From assembly GCA_051530055.1 (NCBI GenBank), contig CM121342.1:12105480-12169479 (forward strand): a DNA stretch of 64,000 nucleotides, written 5' to 3'. The position numbers and the translations under genes are program-made. Shown here piece after piece: positions 47,117 to 58,432 of the stretch; position 1 is the first letter of the stretch, and each line of letters starts with the position of its first letter. The notes under the pieces were generated by a model that was given only the letters and a program-made list of their open reading frames with translations, did no database searches and was not told the DNA's origin. This DNA comes from Neoechinorhynchus agilis. Its lineage: Eukaryota; Animalia; Acanthocephala.

Positions 47117-47975
47117 CGGTTATTATTAGACTGGCCTCTTATTAACCCTGAACATTAGAAGATTAAAGGTTATCCAGAATCAACGGTGAATCCGAGGCGG
47201 TCAACGACGAGTAATAACAATGCAAACGCCCCCCAAGTTATTAACAGAAATATATAGAGCCCTCAAGCTTTTGTTTTTCAAGCAAACTAATAGAGTCGAT
47301 TATTGGGACGATTTTTTGTAGTGAAATTAATGATTACTAGCTAATAAAGTTGAATTTTGGGACGGATATGCGACTGGGACGGCACGTCGTAGAAAAATCA
47401 TCAGGAATAATCCAGTGCCCTCCGGGACGAATCCGAGGCGGTCAACGACGAGTAATAACAATGCAAACGCTCCCCAAGTTATTAACAGAAATATATAGAG
47501 CCCTCAAGCTTTTGTTTTTCAAGCAAACTAATTTAGTCGATTATTGGAACGATTTTTTTGTAGTGAAATTAATGATTACTAGCTAATAAAGTTGAATTTT
47601 GGGACGGATATGCGACTGGGACAGCACGTCGTAGAAAAATCATCAGGAATAATCCAGTGCCCGTCCTGGACGAATACGAGGCGGTCAACGACGAGTAATA
47701 ACAATGCAAACGATCGCAAGTTATTAACAGATATATAGAGGCCTCAAGCTTTTGTTTTTCAAGCAAACTAATAAAGTCGATTATTGGAACGGTTTTTCGT
47801 AGTGAAATTAATGATTACTAGCAAATAAAGTTGAATATTGGGACGGATATGCGACTGGGACACCACTTCCTAGAAAAATCATCAGAAATAATCCAGTGCC
47901 CATTCTGGACGGATCCGAAGAGGTTAACGACGAGTAATGACAATGCAAACGCCCCCAAGTTCCCAACTTTTTTCA
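47117..47975 (+). repeat. Satellite-bearing dispersed element, second copy (units at 47188, 47429, 47672, 47911; period about 241 bp)
   Basis: Same lead-in and unit as 37885-38820. Confidence 0.95.
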
Positions 47976-49306
47976 TTCTCAATAAATAAAGACTTCGTTG
48001 GAAGCATAAAGAGGAAGTTCAAAATTCAATGAAATTTTTAAAAATCATTGAAAATAGACTGAATGCTAACGGCGAACGTTGTGAACCAAAATGCTTTTTT
48101 TGTTGATCAGGAAAGGGACCCAAAAAAGGGTAAGGTTTCGAAACGTCGGCAATGTCAAGAATAGGTAAGACGTATTTTTGGTCGAAAAAGAGATCCCCGT
48201 TTAATACTTGGTGAGACAAAGGCTTTCAACATCGTGCTCGTTTTGAATACATTTATTGGCCAAGCAACCAAATGTTTTGAGCAATGTTGCTTGCCATGCG
48301 TTCATTCTCAGCCCGCAACAAACTAGAAATTAGGGTCGTAATTTCGGCAGCAACTAAAGAACATGTTATTTTGTATAAAATTCAATAAAACTGCATTTCT
48401 TTAAATAAACTCGTGATAACTTTTAAAGTTAGCCAGAAATCACTTTCTCAAGTCCGAATAAGAGCATCGTAATTTAAAAATTTCCATAACTTATTTATCG
48501 AATGGTCTCAGTGAGTGGAAGTAGCCGAATATCGAACAAAACCGATGACAGACTGATAGTGAATACTCGTACAAAATCATCGATTCTTCAACATTTAGAC
48601 CCCGTCGCCATAGCGCATTCATTCTGAACATTTAATGAGCGTGAACTTCTCGCCTCTTTTAAAGGTTACATCGTGTTCTTTCGAGCAAAAATGATGGATC
48701 AATTTTTTGCCGTTCCATCCGCCCATAGCGAAATCCTCAGGCGCGAAACAAACTATGAACTTAACCAGGATTATTGGTACGATGTATAAAAATAGTCGTT
48801 CTTAAATGATATATTGCTTCTAGTAAACATGCTTAGGATTGAATTGTAAAATATTGATTATTGATTATTGATATTTATGAACCACATCATATTCGTCTAG
48901 ACTTGAAGGGAGTTTTCTTCCTTCAGTCTAAATGGCGGGAATGTAGAGTCAATTCCGTGGGAAAATATATTCGAGAGATGGAAAGTGCCGTCCGCGATAT
49001 CAGAAGTCCAGAATCCATTTCACGAGTTAATTGAAATGTTGAACGTTAATATCATGATTCAGCATCGCCCAAGCCAATCCTGTCCCAAATGGAATACTAT
49101 TAAGCCCATAAATGAAATAGTACTCCTCCGAGGGTTGTTGTCATAACTCTACAATGCACTAAACACCCAGACACTGGTCTTTGGGCAGTTCCGCGAGTAG
49201 TCACGTTAATCGGTTTCTGCGGAAATCAATGCCCAAAAACTCATTTTCTTGAGGAGGAAAGCCAATGTGTTATTCCCACTCCATCCACACAAGACGCGTA
49301 TTTGCG

Positions 49307-50408
49307 AATCGCATGTTGATCAGTTGGTGGATTCTCGACCGATTTCTTAACCGAATGTATAACTTTCCGATTGTCGTTACTTTAGCATATTGCGCGGTTG
49401 ATTCAAATATATTTTCAAACCAATATTTCGGAGTTTTACTCATTCTTCAGGGTCCTGAAAAACATTCGCAATCTTGAAAGAACGCTTTTTCGAAGTCAAA
49501 GCTTAAGGAAAATACTGTGTCGTTGCAACGATTTTGGCCTCTTTAAAATCGCATTGTATTTGGTCATGTCGACGGGAAAAACGATTTATTCAATCGCATG
49601 TTGATCAGTTGGTGGATTCTCGACCGATTTCTTAACCGAATGTATAACTTTCCGATTGTCATTACTTTAGCATATTGCGCGGTTGATTCAAATATATTTT
49701 CAAACCAATATTTCGGAGTTTTACTCATTCTTCAGGGTCCTGAAAAACATTCGCAATCTTGAAAGAACGCTTTTTCGAAGTCAAAGCTTAAGGAAAATAC
49801 TGTGTTGTTGCAACGATTTTGGCCTCTTTAAAATCGCATTGTATTTGGCCATGTCGACGGGAAAAACGATTTATTCAATCGCATGTTGATCAGTTGGTGG
49901 ATTCTCGACCGATTTCTTAACCGAATGTATAACTTTCCGATTGTCGTTACTTTAGCAATTTATGCGGTTGATTCAAATATATTTTCAAACCAATATTTCG
50001 GAGTTTTACTCATTCTTCAGGGTCCTGAAAAACATTCGCAATCTTGGAAGAACGTTTTTTGAAGTCAAAGCTTAAGGAAAATACTGTGTCGTTGCAACGA
50101 TTTTGGCCTCTTTAAAATCGCATTGTATTTGGTCATGTCGACGGGAAAAACGATTTATTCAATCGCATGTTGATCAGTTGGTGGATTCTCGACCGATTTC
50201 TTAACCGAATGTATAACTTTCCGATTGTCGTTACTTTAGCAATTTATGCGGTTGATTCAAATATATTTTCAAACCAATATTTCGGAGTTTTACTCATTCT
50301 TCAGGGTCCTGAAAAACATTCGCAATCTTGAAAGAACGCTTTTTCGAAGTCAAAGCTTAAGGAAAATACTGTGTTGTTGCAACGATTTTAGCCCCTTTAA
50401 AATCGCAT
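49307..50408 (+). repeat. Tandem satellite, about four 285 bp units (starts 49307, 49592, 49877, 50161)
   Basis: AATCGCATGTTGATCAGTTGGTGGATTCTCGACCG... recurs with period 284-285 and very high identity. Confidence 0.97.
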
Positions 50409-50531
50409 ATTCGTCCAAATCAATAAATTTTAGTTTAAAGTGACCATTTCGAACAAGGATGAAGCTCGTTAGCTGCTACGTACACTTCAAGTTTTTTCGT
50501 TTGGGAATATATGAAAGAATGTTTAAATGTG

Positions 50532-52208
50532 ATGAAAGGTTTCTTAAAAGAACCTTGCGATTTTATAGAATTTGAAAATGAAGATGCGTAAGTTCAAGTT
50601 GGTTCTGAGAATCGAATTTGTATAATGTATATTTTGTGTTTATTAACGATAGGTCGCCGAACAACAAAGAGGATGACCACAAAGAAACGTGTGAAGATCG
50701 ACCGTAAAGTCCGGGAGCATAAGCGTAAAATGAGGAAAAACGAACGTCATGGTGGTCATCGGAATCCTAAAATGGTTGTTCCTCGTCTTGCTCCATTCAA
50801 AGACGACATGATGAGTGCTATTGAGCAATTGAAAAAACAGGTAGGTATCCCGTATTCGAGATCTTTTTTGATTTCGGTTAGAAATTTGCCGAAACGGCAG
50901 AACGAAAAATAGAAAAAGCAAAAACAAGGAATGCTAATGCCAAGATCAAAAGACTTGAGGATAATTTCAATGCTGGCGAAAAGCGGCAGATTCACGGTTT
51001 CGAAAAGGAACTGTCTCAAGTCATCGAGGCCAGCGATGTGCTTCTTGAGGTTGTCGATGCGCGAGATCCAGAGAATAGACCGCTGGGATTTTCTCTGGGT
51101 GTTCGAGAACCTCTCATTTTGTCAAATTTAGATATTGGTCTTAAAATCTATCCTACAAACGTTTGTAATTAACGTGTGTAGCTCATTTCGTAAGGAGGTT
51201 CTTTGTGAGCATGTATCCGTTTAACTGGTTTATCGAAATAGCTTTTATATATATATGCGACTAGTCCAATTATTTTGTTCGGATAATTTTAATTAGGTTT
51301 CGTTTTTTCTAAACATCGAAAATCCACGCAAATACACGCTCAGAGCGTATCGAAAAAATGGTTCTTGAGGCTGGCAAAAAGGTTGTGATCGTATTAAACA
51401 AATCAGGTTAGTGTTCATACTTTAAAATTTACAGAGATCCTAAAACTTGATTAAAGATCTCATTCCCCTTGAATTGAAAAGTAGTTGGACAAGTCGACTC
51501 AGAGATGAATTTCCTACAGTTGCATTCAAAGCCAATCACCCAACTGAAGGTTCTGAATTGTTAATGTCAGTTCTCGGCAGTTTTGGTCGGACACTAGACG
51601 ATGCTTCGCGATCACCGATAACTGTTGGAGTGATCGGCATGCCGAACGTTGGTAAAAGCAGCGTAATCAACGCTCTAAAGAGATCCCGTCGGTGTTGTGA
51701 GGTTGGCAGCATCCCTGGTCTTACTCGCAGTGTAAAACGAGTAAAACTCAGCAAGTACATTACCCTGATTGACTGTCCAGGGATTACGGTTGGCCGGGAT
51801 GAACATAGGATGGTTATGTGCAACTGTATTGAACCTGCCAAAGTAAACGACCTTTCTTCAGCAATTCAGGAAGTCTTAGATAGGTGTCCTAATGAGGAAT
51901 TAATGCTTCACTACAAAATTCCTGCTTTTCAAGGACAAGATGATTTTCTGAAGTGTGTTGCTCAGCGATTCGGTATGCTCTCAAGCGGCGCTGTGCATAA
52001 TATACGACAAGCAGCTCTTAAAGTCATTCGAGATTGGACTGTTGGTTCATTGCCCTTCAACTATACAGAAGTACCTGCATCCCATGCTACTGGACCATGC
52101 ACGATTTCCGATAAACTCAAACCAATAATCGATTTAAACGCTCTAATGGTTGATATGAAAGCCGAGCCCGTAGTTGGTGATAATGATGTCGCTATGGAGG
52201 TCGAGTAA
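50532..52208 (+). CDS. GNL3: Nucleostemin/GNL3-family circularly permuted GTPase
   Basis: KRMTTKKRVKIDRKVREHKRK, VPRLAPFK, VIEASDVLLEVVDARDP, VVIVLNKS/DLIP, TVGVIGMPNVGKSSVINAL, GLTR, LIDCPG. Canonical introns at 50841-50881 and 51407-51456; hairpin insert at about 51077-51333; start exon tentative. Confidence 0.9.
51077..51333 (+). other. Hairpin-closed intervening sequence in GNL3 (about 255 nt)
   Basis: GCTGGGATTTTC (51082-51093) pairs with GAAAATCCACGC (51318-51329), plus a second helix GGTGTT..AGAA/TTCT.AACATC. Removal gives DARDPEN-TRSERIE; AATA direct repeat at both ends. Confidence 0.7.
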
Positions 52209-52347
52209 ATAAAAGCGTTTTCGTCTTTTTAAAATAATAAAAATTCCTCATTGAATTTGGACTGAGTTGTCATTATAAAAAAGATTTAAACATATTTTCT
52301 CCAAACGTGATGAATTGAGTACATGAATGTCGGCCCGGTTAATAATA

Positions 52348-52464
52348 TTTTTATTAAAGACGTTTATCGAACCTCGTCAGGTTCATCATAAGTTTGTTAG
52401 TAAACAAAAGGTGGTCGCTAGCGGTGATAGACCCGACGAGGCTCGAAATGTATTTAATAAAAAA
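52348..52464. repeat. Short inverted-repeat (MITE-like) element
   Basis: TTTTTATTAAAGACGTTTATCGAACCTCGTCAGGT...ACCCGACGAGGCTCGAAATGTATTTAATAAAAA. The same arm occurs twice in direct orientation at about 33780-33880. Confidence 0.75.
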
Positions 52465-53212
52465 CCTAAGTAATACTTCTGAATCTATGAAGTTAAAATA
52501 TATTTTTTCTCGCTTATTTGAAAAACATTTCGCAGACACTACATAGATTTTATTCGAGTTTGGCGATGTTTTCCCCCGGATTGTTGTTGGTGTTGATCAT
52601 TTATTTTAAAATATTTTGTAAGCTTTTTGCTTACCTTTTCAGTTATATCTACAAATTAAGCTAAAAGTCAGAATTGGACTATAGGCGTGGATCCGCGGGG
52701 GGTGTATTCCCTACTTACCAGCTGCGGTGATTGGATCAACAAAGTAAGGTAATCGAAAATGTTCCTCTGTTATCAAATAGCGGCCACCTCTTCCTTAGAT
52801 AAATACGTCCAATTGCATATTCGTTTCATGATTTTATCTTGTCTTAGAAATACTGTTCATTTGTAAGACTTCACTCGTTGACCTATTTCTTTCGGCTTCA
52901 TAAATTGAATCTTAGTGAGTCGGTCAAATCGCGCTATGATCAATCGAAATCATTCTTAATAGTGTCGTTCTGAATTTTCTTTAAAATTTATCCATGTTAT
53001 GTTGTCGTTCTTAGTGATTATGAAGATAATTTCAAGATTCTTAGCTTATTAGAAATGAATCATAACTGCCTTAAGATTAGTGGAAGGATTTAATCATTAC
53101 TTTCAGCACTGCCAATTCTTTTTCAAAAGGAGGTATCGATTGTTCATTAAATCTCACCAAGTAGCTAGTAATATGCTCATCGATCATTAATTCTTTACTT
53201 ATAAATTCATAG

Positions 53213-56200
53213 ATGACTTCATCCACCAAGACGGTTGAGCTGGCCGTTGAAACTCGGGAGAACGTTCAACAGAAACCAAACCGGAGATTACTTGAATTCG
53301 AGGCTGCGCTCAAACTAACGAGGTTTGTGTGCTTCGTTAACTTTTCCATCTATCATTAACTTTCATAATTCGTTTTCAGCAGTTCATTTTGCCGAGTTCA
53401 AGATTTCAACACGTTCGTTTTCTTAAGCAAATGGATTAATATCACAGAAAGTCAAAACGAGTCAATATCATCGGACAACCAAGCCTGTTACCACTTATTC
53501 CTTGGTCATTGGTACCTATTATTGTTCGATTATCGCCGCTCGTATCTTGCTTACAGACGAGCTCTTCATTTCGATAAAAATGATATGCTTAAAGTAAGTA
53601 CCAACTTCGCGGCTATCTTTACCGCTCGCTCGTACAGGACAATCCTGATTTCTTGTACGGACTCGGAGTGTCCGCTGGATATCTAAAATTCTATCACAGG
53701 GCTGTCAAGGCGTTTCTGAGGCTCGTATTTTTGTATCCGGACTATCATAGGGCTCCCGACGCTCGACTAAGATTAGCTCTTATATTGAAGCAACTCAAGT
53801 TCTATGAAAGGAGCCGCAAGTTCTTTAGACAAGTTTGTTATGATGTTAATGTCGATTTGGGTTCAAGTGTACCTTTACCAGAAATTCTGCTTTCGTATGG
53901 TCATTTGTTAGAGCTGAAAAAAGATTTTGCGCTTGCCAAAGTCGTTTACGATCATTTACTCAACAATGATAATACTCCTATCTTGTGGATTGTCAGAATG
54001 CAAATTTTTTGAAATTTCAGCTGGGTGTTTTTATTTCGTCAAGAAGAAAAATCATCTCAACGTTGATATTTGTGCTCGTTCTGATTATATTGCTTATGAA
54101 AATCGTTGCTGATTTTGTATGAATATCACTAAACATTTAATGGCCGATTTGAGCGTGTACTTCGCTGTGAGTTGATTTATGTTTGTTAGAAGATTCAGTT
54201 ATTCTGGTTTTTTTATGACGGAAAATTTGAAGTAACTTGTTAGGTCCAATATTTCTGCACAATCTTGTGCATTTTTTCAATTTTGTTTCGTAACTTAATT
54301 TAAGAAACATCCTTATTATTGTTTGAAACCGAAAGCTCCCCCAGTTCTTGACTCTAAAAGTTTTCTTTATTAACGTTTTTATTGTAAAATCTGGCCTTTT
54401 CTTTTATTCGGCTATCCACAGCTTAATGATTTGATAAGCTTCGTAAATCAGAGAATGAGTTCTTTGTATTATGAAGCTTCGAAAGTGAATGGTTGTGAAA
54501 ACTTTAAGGAGCAGGCAGCAAGATTTGCGGAAATAGCCTGTAGTCAAGACCCAAGCGACTTACGAGCCACGTACCTCCACGGTCTCTCATTGGCCGCTGT
54601 TGGTCGAACAAGTGAAGCGTTCCATCGATATAGAGAGTGTGTAGACGGAGGAATGGATGCCATAAATAGAGGATGTGGCACACAAGACACTCAAGAACAT
54701 GTTAATCGTCTCGGCGAGTTTTGTGTCAAAAGTGCATCAGATGCCTGGTGCATGATAGCTAATCTCTATCGGAAACAGAAGCAAGTACACGATGCCGTTC
54801 AAGCCTACGTATGTTCTATCCGAATGGACTCATCGAACTTTACTTCTTGGTTGAACATTGGCCAAGTTTATGAGGCTCTTGGAGAAATAGAAGATGCTTT
54901 GTATGCTTACGGTAATGCCTGCGCCATTCAAAGTAACGATGAACTCAGTGCGAGAATGGTAATGCTCACTAGTTTGAGTCATGCTTGCCAATCAGGCGTT
55001 ATATCCGATCAAGATTTAAACAGAATCATGCCTGATAGAGCAATGAATTGCACTCTTCAAAAACTTCGAGATATTTTACCACCTTTTGATCACCTCAAAT
55101 ACAAGTCGGAAAATTCCCATAATTCAAAACTGGATAGACAAATGCGATGTCTAAAAGGAGGAGGTGAAGGTGTCACCTTTACTAGTGATGATATCCGTTC
55201 CGTCGATGTTCCAGACGAGGAATCTAATTTTGACTTACCCTGGCCGGTACTGAGGAAACATGAACGACTTGAGTGCTGGAAAAGTTTTAACCCGATGCCC
55301 GTGTATATTGTTTTGCCAAGAATTAACTGTCCATTCGAAAGCCGACTGTATCTACCAATGCCGTTGCACAATCCTCCAAAAATAAGACTGAAGACACTCA
55401 CGATTGAATGCCCATTGTGGAACAGCGGTGAAGATGACGATAACGGGTTTATGTTTATACCAGATTCTTCTCTTAATCATCCAGCCACCCTTTATTCTGA
55501 ATTCTGCACCCATTTTGACGTTGCTACCACTTATTTCACTCCGGTAGGGTTGCTATCTTGCATTCCGAAGAACTTTTCGCTCTTTATGACCACACGAGAA
55601 CTGCGTCCATATGAAAACAGCTCGTGGATGAAAGTAGAGACCGAACTTGTTCCTATCACATTTTCCGACTTTATTAACCTTCAAATGGAATCTTCGAAGG
55701 ACAACAATGGTATCGTTAAACCAGCCAGTGCTGTTGTTCCAATTCCCAGTAACTCAGCGCAGTATGCCGAAGTCACTGAAAGGATTCCATTTCATTTCGC
55801 AGCTGATATGTCAGTGGGTTTTAGTTTTCAGCATTTTAAAACCCAGAAACACGGTGGATAAACTTGAGCGCTCTATTCACACATCGTTTTTATTTTTCGA
55901 TCATAAAAGTCGAGATTTTTGAAATAGCCTTTTATTTACATTCCTAAATTCGGATTATAAAGCACTTTAGGAAAACGAAGCTGTGTTCTGTAAAATTTCT
56001 AGTGATCACACCTTTTAGTATAGAATGAAAATGAACATGCTTTTTAAACACCGTACATACAAACGCGTAAATATAAATTTATATCAATGTGTGGCCTTTT
56101 ATCACACGGCTGATAATTGTTGGGTTGGGCTGTGTGCCCAAAAATTATCAGCCGTGTGATAAAAGGCCACACATTGATATAAGTTACCGGCTGCTCAATC

Positions 56201-57567
56201 TTCATAAAAAAATATATAAATTTATTTTGACTTCGAAATTTCTACCTTGAATTTTTAGCTAGCTTTTATTCAAATCTTCTCCATGATAAATCTTCCCTAA
56301 CTTTTTGCTATGAAAACTGTGATAAGTTTGTTTAGTGCTCATTGTTCCTTTACTAGCTTTGTAATGCACAACCTCAAAAAGTCCTTTATTTACGCAAAGT
56401 GGACAAACATCGTTTTTAAGCGATCTGATCTTTTCCTTAAAAAATAAAGACCAGCAAAGTAAAAAAAATTAGGTGTATGCTGCGATTGACAGTGCCTTTT
56501 TATAACACCGCTAGTGTATTGATTTTTTTGACATAAAGGTTTTTCAAAATCGTGCATAGATAGTGACAGTTTAAATGCCGGAAAATCTTTTTGATCAGTA
56601 TCTTGTACTCATGATTGGAATCCACTGACCAAAAGACACCAGTCTGATGACTTACCTGAAACGCAGTTACACCCCCGAAGAAGATTCAGTTTCCAATTCA
56701 GCCACAGTTACAGCCCAGCTCTTTACGTCCGGAGGCGTTATACTTCCAATGAGATGTGAGCCCTACGACTTGGTATACATAAGCACTGGTCCTCATTTTG
56801 TTCACTGGTCGATGCTTTTGTCCACTCCAGATCACACAAACCCAATAGATCTTATTGACGGTTCGTATTGGCGATCAACTGTGCCTGAAAAAGAAGCTAA
56901 ATCGGATATAATATCAGTTACACAAAAGCCGGCAGATCTTTTCTATGTGTACGCCAATACGCCACATTGGGGATTCGTGGATGGATACTGCGTCCTCGTT
57001 CGATACTCATGCTCATCCACAGAAGAGTCACAAATTCACATTGATTTCGAAGCCATAGCTCGATCGAATTTAGCTTGTGAGGAAAAACAGATAAAATGCC
57101 GAGTGCCTCTTTATCGGTTAGTGCATTGTCTCGAACAATGTCATACTCGTATAATGGGTCAATACTACAAACACATAAAACGGGTTATGGCCTATGAACT
57201 AAAACAAACTCAATGCTACCTTGATATGGCGGCTAAAGCCGGAATTCCAGTGCGTTCGAGTAATTTCAATTATACAGACATTCAAATCGATGAATTGGTC
57301 GAATGTATTGATTGTGAACGAGAATTATTTAATGCTTATTTCAAACCGATTTCAGCCGTAACGCTGGATCGGTTCGGAATCAAGGATGCAGTTGTTAAAT
57401 GGACCAATAAATGTGCAGCAGTCAGTCTATGTATAAATTGCACTAAAAGGCGCTTTGGCAGTACTTTGGACGGATTGGAACTCATTTTTAAGTTTGACAT
57501 CATGCAAATGATTCACGCATACGGCGCCTTCTATGAGTTTGAGGAAGATGATTACACTGGAGAATAA
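53213..57567 (+). CDS. KDM6A: KDM6/UTX-like TPR plus JmjC plus zinc-binding protein (divergent); exons 53213-53322, 53380-53593, 53638 to about 53979, about 54425-55850, about 56629-57567
   Basis: LGHWYLLLFDY, PDFLYGLG, AWCMIANLYRKQKQVHDAVQAYVCSIRMD...WLNIGQVYE, STGP...HW, TQKPADLFYVYANTPHW, and C-terminal CxxC...CxxC, all colinear with UTX. Confidence 0.82.
53980..54424 (+). other. Hairpin-closed intervening sequence A in KDM6 (about 445 nt)
   Basis: TGTGGATTGTCAGAAT (53984-53999) pairs with ATTCGGCTATCCACA (54406-54420): 13 Watson-Crick plus 1 G.U, one mismatch, one bulge. Confidence 0.55.
55850..56628 (+). other. Hairpin-closed intervening sequence B in KDM6 (about 780 nt)
   Basis: CGGTGGAT (55852-55859) pairs with ATCCACTG (56620-56627), extended by AAACTTGAG/CTCATGATT. 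In-frame TGA at 56626-56628 with no usable AG after it. Confidence 0.5.
56079..56181. repeat. Palindrome with perfect arms of about 40 bp inside KDM6 insert B
   Basis: TTATATCAATGTGTGGCCTTTTATCACACGGCTGATAATT / AATTATCAGCCGTGTGATAAAAGGCCACACATTGATATAA. Related CCCAAGGAAAATTATCAGCTG pieces at about 36815 and 41810. Confidence 0.95.
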
Positions 57568-58432
57568 AATTGAAATATGTCATGATGTCGGCGGAGGGTC
57601 AATGTCAGTCACTTTGTATGTTTTAACAGTCTTTTAATTACATCGAGCGAAAAATTTATATTGGAATGAATTATCGAACAAACTTGTTCGACAGTAATTG
57701 CTTCAATTGTAAAAGTTCTTACTCAAAATAATTAGTTTTTTTAAATGACTTCTCGAGGAGCATTTTAATTCCAAAGCCATTTTTATTTTAAATTTAGTAT
57801 TAGTGGTTAAGTACATCGAAATCACTGATGAGCTTATCGAAAGGCAAAATCGGAATGGGTTGTGCTTAGTTTTGTTTTGTAACCAATAGAGATAAAAATC
57901 GAGAATAATAAGAGTGCAAATACGTAATTCAAGCTGTTTTCTAGCATTTTTTAAAACAACATTTTTTGTCGAAGTGAGTTAATTTGATCGCTTGGCTGTC
58001 ACGCAGAAATTCTCATCTAAATTATGGATTTAAAAGTTCAACCCATATTATGTTCTACTTTTGGCGACCAAATTGTCGTTGATTCGCTCATTTATAGGTT
58101 ATTTGATACGATCGTATCAATTTTATTGAATGCCTTGAGAAAGAAAATAAATTCGAAAATACATCTGAGTACAATATATCCGTTAAAACTTGCCAGTAAC
58201 TAAATATTCAAAAATTTTATGTGTCTTTGAATTCCATTTCACGCCTTTACACTTTACTTTCGCCAGGATTATTCCTTTTACTCTCAAGTCGGCGTCTAAT
58301 TGGCTAATGGGTCGTTAAATGCAACAGTTCGTCTGTTCTAACGACTTCTTACAAATACAACATGCACTTGATGTCAGTTTACAAAGTAGCAGTAATATAA
58401 GGACTTGAAGGAGCACCGTTTCACTTAACAAA

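Noticed and set aside
47188-50408. Tandem arrays as possible CRISPR arrays
   Set aside because: Whole units are repeated with no unique spacers, no cas genes are present, and the context is eukaryotic.
38220-50443. Short ORFs repeated in the 240 bp and 285 bp arrays
   Set aside because: They recur because the DNA repeats; there is no protein-family signal.
52711-52830. U1 snRNA-like start TACTTACC followed by GATCAACAAAG and a later ATTGCAT
   Set aside because: Spacing does not fit U1 (the U1A-loop-like motif is about 35 nt too far), and no Sm site or four-way junction is evident. More likely an antisense 5' splice site or chance.
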